From Octopus vulgaris (Eukaryota), in assembly GCA_951406725.2 (NCBI GenBank), contig OX597816.1:178870001-178934000 (forward strand): a stretch of DNA of 64,000 nt. Reading direction: 5' to 3'. Shown here piece after piece: positions 38,717 to 50,349 of this stretch. The number at the start of each line of letters is the position of its first letter. Position 1 is the stretch's first letter. Position numbers and translations under genes: made by a program. The notes under the pieces are model-generated. The model was given only the letters and a program-made list of their open reading frames with translations. It was not told the DNA's origin and searched no databases.

Positions 38717-40528
38717 CTGAAACAGTAAAAGAAAATATTACATTATTCAAGACAAAGCTTTCAAGGATTGAAGAAAATATTTTGAAAATGGTTTTATTTT
38801 AACAAGCTTCATCTGAGTAAATCTATGAATTATAAATTAAAAACTAATTTTCAGATTTTGTGTGTCCTGGGCCACTATCATTTTACATGTATTTCTCCAT
38901 TATGCATCGGACTCCCTCGTGTAAAGCATCCTTCCTTCTTAAAAAGGGTGTAATTTAACAAGATTTTGTAGCTATTTCTCAGAATCTGAGAAATCCATGC
39001 AGAGGCTCTCTCATTGGTGTGTTAGAGCCTTTCTGGCCATATAGTCCAGTATTTTAAAATATAAACATCAGTTCATGTATTTTCAAATGCTTATCAAACC
39101 ATTTCTTTTTGCTATTGTTTAAACAGAAATAGACAGTAAAAACTACATTTGTAACTGCCATTCTTTTACTGGCTCCATGGTCACTGGACTGTCCATGGGT
39201 GCAGCCCAATACATTGCAGTCATTAAACTGCAGCCATGTTAGGTCACTACCTTTAAAGGTTCAGTGCATCATATCAATCTCAATACTTATTTCAGTCTAC
39301 TAGTAATTGTCAAACCACCAAATTACAAGACAACCAAGTTCGTACACAGTGAGGACAAAGCTTGGACCATATATTTGTAAAATAACCTTCTTAACTGCAC
39401 AGACATGACTGTGCCCTCAATAGCCTAAATCTTCCACAAACTGTACCGTGAAACCATTGCAAACATTAGCAGAGAATAATATTGTCAGTACAAACCCAAT
39501 GTGCGTTTAGTCTGTGACAATCAAATAAACCAAGTTGTTGCAAGTCAATGCCAGATGTCACTCCAAAATCTCCATCAAATCACAGCCTACAGAATGTATA
39601 GTGTAGTGACAATTATACTATTCTTGGACTTGTTTCAGTCAATGGATTCCACTGGGGAGTTAAGCCTCAAAGGATTTAGTTGATCAAATTGAACCCAGGA
39701 CTCATTTTAAGTTTGATAATTTTATCAGTCTCATTTTGCTGAATCATCAAGACACAGGGACATAAATAAACCAACAAACACAAAGATGCACAGGCAAACA
39801 AGTAAATATGATGGGCTTTGACAGATATTGTCTTCCGAATTCTCTCACAAAACATTGGTCAGCTGAGATCTGTAGAAGACATTTGCTCAAGGCATCATGC
39901 AGTAGGGGTAAACTGAAAACTTCATGGTTGCAAAATGAATTTCTAAACCAAAGCCATTTCTAGCAATGACACAGGTTTCCTCCTTGACTTTTAATTAGAA
40001 GTTAACACAGATTGGACTATTGCAAATTGGTATTTACTGGTAAGATGTCAAAAAGAGATCATCATTGTTTTTAATGTTCACTTTTCCATGCATGCATCAG
40101 ACAGATGGAATTATTTAAAGCAAATTTTCTATGGTTGGGTGTCCTTCCTGTCACTAAGCCTTACCTGTTACCAAGCAAAGTAAAATTTCCCATAGCCAAA
40201 AATTGTTTTTTTTAGAAGGTTGGAATCAAACAGCATCACTTGTATGATGGTGACACTCAGTTGAAGTCAAGAAGAGATTAAATACACACATATTATATAT
40301 CTTTTATCTTTTACTTGTTTCAGTTTTTAAACTGTGGCCATGTTGGGGCACTGCTTTGAAGAATTTTTAGCCATATGAATTTAACCCAGTACTTCTTTTT
40401 TAAGCCTGCTACTTATTCTGTTGATGTCTTTTGCTGAACTGCTAAGTTACAGTGACGTAAACACACCAACACCGTTTGTCAAGCAGTAGTGAGAGGGACA
40501 AACACGAAGATGTATACACATAGATATA

Positions 40529-42110
40529 CACTGAACCGCAAAAGAAACATAGTTTTTTCAAATGTCATTTCTATATGGTAAATTCTGAAAATTTATTTCA
40601 GTGACAATTATACTATTTCAGGGATGTATAGTGTAGTGACAATTATACTATTCTTGGACTTGTTTCAGTCAATGGATTCCACTGGGGATTTAAGCCTCAA
40701 AGGATTTAGTTGATCAAATTGAACCCAGGACTCATTTTAAGTTTGATAATTTTATCTGTCCCATTTTGCTGAATCATCAAAACACAGGGACATAAATAAA
40801 CCAAGACATGCTGGTTCACAGCTGAGACCCAAATTGCAGGTAACCTTTCAACTTATCCTGAAATGAGATGCCAAAATGCAGCTGTGTTGAATGCTGTAGG
40901 TGGCAATCACAAACAATTGTCATGAAAACTGAAATGCATGTGCATCTTGGGGAGGTTATGGATATAAAAATCAACTTGAACTGCGTTCCTGGCATTCGAA
41001 ATTTGGACACATCAGGTATGACCCGACTGTCAGCAGCACAGAGAGAAGAAGCTATTGGCCGATTGCAAGCAGGGTAGTGTGCCTTGGTTGTTGCGAAAGC
41101 TTACAATGTCCATGTCAGCACCATCTATTGCCTGCAACAGCAATACAACACCACCAACAGAACTGCAGAACGTGCTCGCAGAGGGCAGCCCCAAGTGACC
41201 ACATCCAAGTAGGACTGCTTCATCTACCTGCAACACCTCCGTGATTGCTTCAGAATGGCCAGCAGGACAGCTTGCAAGACCATTAGCACTGGACAGTGAC
41301 CCATCAGTGACAACACAGTACGATGTCAACTGGCCGCCAACAACCTGTGTTGTCCTTGACTGCTCGAGGGTCTGTCCTTACTGCCCACCACTGTCAGGCA
41401 TGACTACACTGGGCTACATTGCATGACATTGGTGGCATCGACAATGGGTGTTGAATAGTCTTCTCTGATGAGAGCCGGTACTGTGTTTCCACCTCAGATG
41501 GCAGAATGAGGGTGTGGCGTAGGAGGGGGTGAACACTACAGAAATGGATGGAGTGGCTAATACATCATGGTTTGGGGTGTTATAGGCTTGAATCAGGGAA
41601 CTGGGCCCCATGTGTTCCAAAATGTTGGTGCAGGCAGAGGGAATGGCATCACAGCACTTGTTGACCAGATCCTAAGACCTCATATCATGCCCATCTTTGC
41701 ATGTCACCAGAGCCACGTGTTCCAGCAGGACAATGCTCCCTCCCACATAGCCAGGGTCACTATGGACTTCCTGCATTAGCACAACATCAGAACCATGCTG
41801 TGGTTGGCTCTCAGCCTGGATTTGAACCCAACTGAACACCTGTGGGATGAAATCCAGGGACATCTGAAACAGGTCGACCACACGTGTAGAACTGGAGGCA
41901 GCTTTCCTCAGTGTGTGGGCTTGGGTGCCAATGGCTTTTGTGAACTTCCTCATGCACTCCTTGTACCAATGGTGCATGGACGTTTTGAACACCCAGGGAG
42001 GGTATACACAACCCACTACCAGAACACGACAATGACTCATAGACTATAGTCACATCCAAGAAATTGACTTTATCAGATTTATCAAAATTTATCTCTTTTG
42101 CTGTTCAGTG
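40529..42110 (+). mobile_element. Tc1-like DNA transposon with pseudogenised transposase
   Basis: TA|CACTGAACCGCAAAAGA ... TCTTTTGCTGTTCAGTG|TA TIRs with TA TSD. Broken ORF from about 41018 reads MTRLSAAQREEAIGRLQAG...MVWG...FQQDNAPSH...SLDLNPTEHLWD. Inserted into the TA tract of a SINE. Confidence 0.9.
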
Positions 42111-43103
42111 TATATACAACAGGCTTCTTTCAGTTTCTGTCTACCAAAACCACTCACAGGGCTTGGTTGGCCCAGGGCTATAGTAGAAAACACTTGCCTA
42201 AGGTGCCACACAGTGGAACTGAACCCAGAATCATGTAGTTGGGAAGCAAGCTTCACATATATCTTTTATCTGTTTCAGTCATTAGACTGCGACCCTGCTG
42301 GGGCACCACCTTGAAGAACTAAAAGTTGAATCAATCAATACTATTTTCTCTTAAGCCTGGTACTTATTCTATTAGTCTCTTTTTGCTGAACCATTAAGTT
42401 ACAGGGATGTAAATAAACCAACATTGACACACGCACACATGTATATACAACAAGCTTCTTTTAGTTTCCGTATACCAAATCCAATCATATAGAGTGACAA
42501 ACAGATAAACAGACCCTCATCATTCAGTATCTTTCAATCGAATCTATTCACAAAGCTTTGGTTGGCCCAAGGGGCTGTACAGTAGGGCTGAACCCAAAAC
42601 CATAGAGTCAGAAAGTAAATTTCTTAATCACACGGCCAAGGGATTTGTGTGAGACATGAGTTCAAACAAGAAGCGGTAATGTGTCATAGAATGGACTCTG
42701 ACAGGAAAAGGTAATGAGTTACAGTAGAATAGGTTCTGATTAATAAGCATGTTCTTGTGGTGAAGATTCTCGCAGGAAGAGAGAATGCATCAGGAGTGTG
42801 ATGATTGTTTAACCCCAGGTCAACTCTGACCAATCAGACCTAAGGTGAAAAGCATCCTAATAGTGTAGATGTAGTGGATTTAGGCCTACGTTATTCAATG
42901 TGCATCTCTTTTTAAGACAATAGGGAACAATATTTGGATGATCTAGCTTACTATTTCTAACAGGTCGAGCAACCACATACAAGCTCCCTCGTTACGTTGT
43001 GAGTGTTGTTAAGTGATGAGACATACCTGTAATTTTGAAAAGTAGATGAGGTTTTAATAAATTGTAAAAGTGGCTTGGAATTTAGTGATGTGTTACCACT
43101 TAC

Positions 43104-43220
43104 CTGAATACAGAGCGGTCGATAACTTTTAGTAGACAAATCTTTTAAATGTGAGGGGTAACGCTTGAAGTCAAAAGGAGTCAGAATACACGATTTGGTG
43201 TTGTTACAATGTTTCTTTAG
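43104..43220 (-). CDS. DUF1647-like protein, middle coding exon
   Basis: Acceptor ttcttctag|CTA. Reads LKKHCNNTKSCILTPFDFKRYPSHLKDLSTKSYRPLCIQ (FDFxxYPxH motif). Donor CAG|gtaagt, phase 0 on both sides. Confidence 0.9.
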
Positions 43221-45141
43221 CTAGAAGAAAACACACAAATGAAAAAAGGGTATTTAAGTAGATGAAATGAATAACATGGCTAAGATAAAACATCTCGAAC
43301 AAGTTAAATACAATTGTCTTAAGATAGAAGTATCTCACTTAGATAACTGTTCCCAAAATCATTATGTTGTCTAAAAAGAAGAGGAAGTGTAATTAAAGTT
43401 TCTGGTTTAAACACTTGAAATTTTATTTGCTTAAAATAATTTTTGTATTTTACACCTTAGTGGTTAAGGTCAAGCAACTAACAAGCAAATCTGTGGTATT
43501 GAGCAGAATATTTGCTATAACGATATCTCTGCTGCAACAACTCAGCGCTGAATCTGTCTGAGATATAATGGAAAATAGGTCAGTTTCAAAACAGGTCATA
43601 AAAACAAAGTTTGAAGGGAACGGTAGTCATTTCCTTTGATTTCTAAATAGAAGTGAATAGGAAATAACACTTACTGACCAAAGACAAAAAAATAATTAAA
43701 ATTTTGTTACACAGTGTAATATTTGCAGGAACTATCAAATTGTTGAGATTGATGTTTTCTTTGAATTCTTATAAAAGAATGTCTACAGCAAAATAATGGT
43801 CAGGAGAGGATGTTTCCAAGGATTTTCAGCTATGAAGAGAGGAAACATATGGAGCTTTCAAAGCTGATAAACAGTAAGGATGATAAGAGGAAGATGGTTG
43901 AGAAAATCAAACTTGAAAAGACACTAAGTTCCTACTTCATTGTGGAAAGCAGATATATCCACTCCAAATGTCCTCACCCTTAACTGTAGAAAGTAGTTTT
44001 ATATACGATCTTCTTTAGTTGAGAAATGTCATGTCTGAAACTATTTTCAGTTGAGATATGTCGAACTTACTGGGACAACATGACTCGCTGAAAATACCAA
44101 CTCTGTTTTTTGTAGATATTTATCATTACTGGAATAACCATGAAATTTAATTTCACAGTTAAAGGATTAAAGTTTAAAATTTTCCATTTCAACTCTTTTA
44201 AACAATACATCATTATGAAATCAGCAAGGATTAAGTAGCATTATCAGTTTAGCTGAATATGAAATCAACTCAAATAAGATGACAGGAGATAATAAGACAG
44301 AGATAAACTCCAATCGGATGAACCATAAATAGTTTCATGGTCTTTTGAAAATATATGAAAATGTAAACATAATTTTGTTTCTATGGCCAATATGTAACAT
44401 GTTAGCTGAATATAAATCACTTGCATTTGAAACATTCTACAAATTTTGAGAAAATCTACTATTCATTAACCTATAGCACAAAGCACATCAAAGCAGATGG
44501 ACTGTTAATCTAAAATCAGCTTGGTGTGTGTGTGTGTATATATAAGACATTTGAATTTATTTTAATATTGGTGTTAAAAAACTTCTGAATTACAGATAAA
44601 GGTGACAAGTTCAAATGAAATGAAGAATAAAATAAAGACTTCAGACCAGTGTTTCTCAACTGTTTTTTTTTTTCTTTTACCTATGGACTCCTTTGATTCC
44701 TATTTTACTCAGGTGGACTTTCCTAGCCATTTGATGTTTAAAAAAATACTATCAGGTCATTAAGAATGGAATGTCTGATTTTCTTCTGTACCAAGTTTGA
44801 CAGTCGTTAATTCTAATGTTTTATTCTGACAATTCTTTCTTTTACAACATTGAAAAGTTACATCATCACTTTTCGATATGCAGTTCAATGGAGTCTGATT
44901 ATATTGTGAGTTTTCTCTTGTAAATCAATTTTTGTGAACCCATGGAGAGATCAAAAATTTGTGTTGTTAATGAATATGAGTTCTGTCGTGGAACCAATGC
45001 ATCCCAGACAACTAAAAACATCAGTTTGGTGAAGATGTGGCAAATGAGCACAATGTACGTTGAAGGTTTGAGAAGTTCCGGTCTGGTGACTTTACTCTTG
45101 AAAATCTACCCCATGGTAGACCTAAGACCAAGGTGGATAAT

Positions 45142-45322
45142 TTTTTTATTTCTTTACTACCCACAAGGGGCTAAACAAGGACAGACAAAGGGATTAAGTC
45201 GATTACATCGACCCCAGTGCGTAACTGGTACTTAATTTATCGACCCCGAAAGGATGAAAGGCAAAGTTGACCTCGGCGGAATTTGAACTCGGAACGTAAC
45301 GACAGACGAAATACGGCTACGC
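45142..45322 (-). mobile_element. 5'-truncated tRNA-SINE inserted in the mariner
   Basis: 11-bp TSD AGGTGGATAAT at 45131-45141 and 45323-45333. Same family as 56029-56254. Confidence 0.85.
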
Positions 45323-45569
45323 AGGTGGATAATGGTGAACTGGAAACTGTAGTGGAAGCGGATACATCTCAAACTACACATTAGTTAGCAGTAAGGTTTA
45401 ATGTTTTGATTCCAATTGTATTGGACCATCTGAAACAAATCAGCAAAATAAAGAAGCTGGACAAATGGGTATCACGCAAACTGGACAAGCATCAAATGAC
45501 ATATCATCTTGAAACTTGCTGTTCTTTGCTGTCATGGTATAAAAGCAAACCGTTCTTGCATCGTATTCA

Positions 45570-45895
45570 ATTCAAGATCACAGCATACATGTACACTGCA
45601 ACATAATTTCTTTTCCTCAACAGGCCCTGCCCTATTTAACATTGTCCCGAAAGAGATCAAAGAGGAAAAGGATCCCATCAACTTTAAACGGAGTCTGGAT
45701 AGATTCCTTCAAAGAATACCAGATAAGCCACCCATAATTGGATGCAACTCGACCAACAAGAACTCACTACTTGAATGGACCATAAACAAAACTTGACTTA
45801 AACAGGATTCAAATAATCCTATCAGGTGGTGCTATTAAGTTAGACAAGGCCTGGACCAATCTTTGGTCGAAACATATCTAAGTTTATCTAAGATT
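45570..45895 (+). mobile_element. 5'-truncated LINE 3' end inserted in the mariner
   Basis: Reads FFSSTGPALFNIVPKEIK...FKRSLDRFLQRIPDKP...NSLLEW, a typical LINE ORF2 C-terminus, with an ATCTAAG repeat tail. Confidence 0.7.
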
Positions 45896-46484
45896 TATTG
45901 TTACGTGTGATGGAAAATGGATTCTTTTCAACAATAGCAAGCATTCTGCACATTGGTTGGATAGAGATGAAATGCCAAAACACAATCCCAAAAAGAATAT
46001 TCACAAAAAAAAGCTAACTTTGGTCATCATATTGCTTGGCTTTTGCTTAATAAAAATTCCTCCTCATATAAGGATTTTGCTTTCATTTTGTGACAGACAA
46101 CTACCACGCAGAAAATGCCAGCTTCTAAATCCTGTTTTCTGATTTGGCAAAAATGATTAAGCTTTAAACCTCAGTAACATTTTTCTGCAATAAGTGTGTG
46201 TGTGTGTGCGTGTGTTTATTTACGATAGACAGCAGAAAAGAGTCCATTTGTCATCAATTGTAGTCAACTTACCCCCTTAAAGCTACGTACTCATCACACT
46301 CACCTTTGTTTCCCTTCATGGGCATTTTAAAAGTTACTTATGTATATGTATGTGTGTGAATGTGCATTGTTTGTTTGTTTGTGTGTGTGCATTGCTTGAA
46401 TGTGTATTTATGAAAGTATGTATGCAGCGTTGTGTGAATATGCCTCAAGTTGATTCCAGGAGCTATTCTCCCCTTTTTGACATT

Positions 46485-48943
46485 CATCATCATCATCGTT
46501 TAACGTCTGCTTTCCATGCTAGCATGGATTGGACAATTTTGACTGAGGGCTGGCAAACCAGATGGCTGCACCAGGCTCCAATCTTGATCTGGCAGAGTTT
46601 CTACAGCTGGATGCCCTTCCTAACGCCAACCACTCCGAGAGTGTAGTGGGTGCTTTTTACATGCCAGCTAGGCAGTACTGGCAATGACCTCGCTCGAATC
46701 TTTTTACACATGCCACCGGCACAGGTGCCAGTAATGCGACGTTGGTAACAATCACGCTCGAATTGTGCTCTTTTACGTGCCACCGGCACGGAAGCCAGTT
46801 GGCTGCTCTGGCAACGATCACGCTCGGATGTTGCTCTTGGCACCCTACTAGCACGGGCACAAGTGCCAGTAAGGCGACACTGGTAACAATCGCACTTGAA
46901 TGGTGCCTTTTATATGCCACTGGCATGGAAGCCGGTTAGCTGCTCTGTCAACGATCACACTCGTATGGTGCTCTTTGTACCCTGCTAGCACGGATGCCAG
47001 GCATCAATTTTGATTTTGATTTCACTTGCCTCAACAGGTCTTCGCAAGCAGAGTTTAGTGTCCAAAGAAGGAAAAGGTACGCATAGGCAGACTGGTTATG
47101 CTCCTGGCATAGGCCATGAGTTATGGTCTCATTTGGCTTGCCGGGTCTTCTCAAGCACAGCATATTTCCAAAAGTCTGGATTGCTAGTCATTTCCTTGGT
47201 GAGGCCTAATGTTTGAAGGTCGTGCTTCACCACTTCATCCCAGGTCTTCCTGGGTCTACCTCTTCCACAGGTTCCCTCAACTGCTAGGGTGTGGCACTTT
47301 TTCCCACAGCTATCCTCATCCATTCTCGCCACATGACCATACCAGCACAGTTATCTCTCTTGCACACCACATCTGATGCTTCTTAGGTCCAAATTTTCTC
47401 TCAAGGTACTTACACTGTTGAATATGCACACTGACATTACACATCCATTGGATCATACTGGCTTCATTCTTTGTGAGCTAACGCATGTCCTCAGCAGTCA
47501 TGGCCCATGTTTCACTGCCATGTAGCATGGCTGTTTGTACACAAGCGTCATACAGTCTGCCTTTTACTCTGAGTGAGAGGCCCTTTGTCACCAGCAGAGG
47601 TAAGAGCTCTCTGAACTTTGCCCGGACTATTCTTATTCTAGCACCTACACTTTCAGGGCACCCTCCGCTGCTACTGACTTGGTCACCTAGGTAACGAAAG
47701 CTATCGACTACTTCTAGTTTTTCTCCCTGGAATGTGGTGGAAGTTGTTCTCTGCACATTTTCAGTGTTTATTGCTCCTGAGAGTTTGCCACATACAAAAA
47801 CTATCTGCCCAGTTAGCCTTCCTTTGATATTGCTGCCCCTCTTATGTGTCCATGGCTTATACTGGGTACATCTTATGGAGTTTCTACCTACACCTTTTCT
47901 ACAGATTGAGTAGGGCCGTCTACCTGAAGGCGTTTGTGATTTGTCTGCCTTTCTACTTAATAAGACTTTGGTTTTAGCTAGATTGACTCTAAGGCCCTTT
48001 GATTCTAATCCTTATTTCCACACCTGAAACTTCTCTTCTAGTTCTGATAGTGACTCAGCTATTAGAGCAAGGTCATCAGCATTGAGGAGCTCCCAGGGGC
48101 ATCCTGTCTTGAATTCCTCTGCTATTGCCTGGAGGACTATGATAAATAGGAAGAGGCTGAGGACTGAACTTTGGTGGACCCCTACCACTACCCTGAATTC
48201 TTCACTGTACTCGTTGCCAACCTTCATCTTACTTAGTGTCCCTTTACATGGCTTGCACAGCTCTCACTAACCATTCATCTATCCCTAGTTTCCTCATTGA
48301 CCACCAGATAAGGGATTGGGGGACCCTGTTGAAGGCTTTCTCCATGTCAACAAAAGCCAGGTACAGGGGACTTATCTTTGGCTAGGTATTTCTCCTGCAG
48401 CTGTCTTACCAGGAATATAGCATCAGTAGTACTTTTCCCTGGCACGAACCCAAACTGCACCTCATCTAAACTAACTCTCTCTCTCTAATTAGTTGGGCTA
48501 TGACCCTCTCCATAACCTTCATGACCTGATCCAACAGCTTGATACCCCTGTAGTTATTTGTATCTAGGGCGTCACCTTTACCTTTGTAGCAGTTGACTAT
48601 TATGCTGCTACACCAGTCATTGGGTATGACTCCTTCGTGTATCACCTGGTTAACTATACGGGTGACTAGGCTATAGCCGACACTATCAGATATTTTGAGC
48701 ATCTCTGCAGTAATTCCTGATGGGCCGGGGGCTTTCCCTGTCTTCATGCTTCTAATTGCCTTAACTACCAAGGTACTGTCAATTCAGATAGCTGGTCCCT
48801 CTGTTGGGTCGACATTCGGCAGACTCTCTTTATCTCATTCATTTTCTTTATTCAGCAACCTTTCATAGTGGCGTCTCCAAACCTCTCTCTTTGCATCCTC
48901 ATTTAGCGCAAGCGAACCATCATCCATGCGAACACATTTCTCT
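46485..48943 (-). mobile_element. 5'-truncated RTE-clade LINE (frameshifted reverse transcriptase) with long 3' UTR
   Basis: Fragments read MKTGKAPGPSGITAEMLK, KGKGDALDTNNYRGIKLL, GVHQSSVLSLFLF, LNADDLAL, FRYLG, MLHGSETW and GRGRPRKTW. The 3' UTR has tandem subrepeats (about 46660-46990) and a (GAT)n tail. Confidence 0.95.
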
Positions 48944-49878
48944 TACATATTTGAAATCTCAACTTTTTTTCTACTGAACCAAATTTCAAATTTTGTAGCT
49001 CAAAATGTAGCTTAAGAGATGACCAATCCAAAAACATATAAACATCATGAAATTTGTTCAAAAACTGAATTAGTGACAAAGCCTAGAGGTGGTTGCAAGT
49101 GAGTAAATGTTGACTTTAAAAATATTATTCACACACTACCATGTGATGAACTTCTTTCAGTTTCTATCTACCAAATCCATTCACAAGGTTTTGGTTGACC
49201 CTGAGGCTATAGTAAAAAACATTTGCCCAAGGTGCCACTCAGTAGGACTGAACCAGGAACCATGTGGTGGGGAAACAATCTTCTTACCACACAGCTTTGG
49301 CCTTCACCAATAGCTCAATTTTGTATATAAAACCTGAGATTATTGTCAGAGATATTTTTTTTAAATAGGAAAAGTGGGCCTTATATGCCAACAAATTCAG
49401 TCCACAGAGGATTCAACAAGTTTTAATTTTCCTATCCTTATACGCTTTCAGGATTTCAGGCTAGTCCTTGAAAAGGACAGAAATTAGTAAGAAAAACCCA
49501 CTAGGCATATACTAACCAAGGTTATTTATGTCCACTTTATGTCAAAATCATTCACATATCAAAAATGTCACACTATTAGAGTCCTAACTCCATCACTCAC
49601 TCTACATGCCTTTCATGAGTTTCTTGAATGACAAGATATCTCTTTACAAAAAAAATACTAATTTTTTAAACTTTATATACTTTAAGTTGTCCAATAAAAG
49701 ATTTGAAACATTTGTTATGGTGCTTGATGAAGTTAAGTGAAGTTTGTATTTTTTTTTTAAGTTAAAAATTAAAAATGAGAAAGAGATACGCATACAAAGA
49801 TAAAGATAAACACACAAAATGATAAACATACGATAAACATACAAAGAGACCAAATATTAAGTAGTTTCAAAAACTCAC

Positions 49879-50349
49879 CATGACATTTTCTGAAGAATCT
49901 ATATCCAGGTCATATAAAATCAATAGACTATGAGGTAAATAACGATGTACTGACTCCAGCAAGTCTATGACTTGTTTGTATTGACCAGGCTCAACACCGC
50001 TAGCAATGACAGGTAAATTAACATTCTCCTTGCTAGGAAACCGTTCATCGTCTTCTCGTCGACTGCTGCTGCCATCTCGAAAGCCAAGTAACTCTAAATA
50101 CTCAGGATCAACATCATCCAACTCTTTTGCATGTTTGATGCTTGAAGGTAAATTCTTGATGCTGTTGATGTGTTTGTTAGTTTCTTTAACAATGGTTTGA
50201 AAATTAGGTGTTGGGTTACTCAGCAGCCAAATGGCCACTATAGTAGAAGCAGCAAAAAGAATTACAAGATAGAAATTTTTCGTCTTCATGGGATCCAAAA
50301 GGAAACTTCCCTTTTTTGCATGAAGGCTATCAGATAATGGAAATTTCAT
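49879..50349 (-). CDS. DUF1647-like protein, first coding exon (start at ATG 50349 or 50289; 374 or 354 aa in total)
   Basis: The exon opens at acceptor cttttcag|CTG (50433). Reads MKTKNFYLVILFAASTIVAIWLL (signal anchor)...LPVIAS...LILYDLDI. Donor ATG|gtgagt at 49879. The upstream non-coding exon was not located. Confidence 0.85.

Larger units (their letters stand above)
44749..46020 (+). mobile_element. Mariner transposon relic interrupted by a SINE and a LINE fragment
   Basis: Fragments read MERSKICVVNEYEFCRGTNASQT, LKQISKIKKLDKWVS (WVPxxL-like) and PFLHRI|VTCDGKWI (TxDEKW motif split by the LINE insert). Confidence 0.8.

Noticed and set aside
46660-46990. Regularly spaced repeats resembling a CRISPR array
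   Set aside because: Eukaryotic context. The units are degenerate subrepeats of the RTE 3' UTR, with no unique spacers or cas genes.
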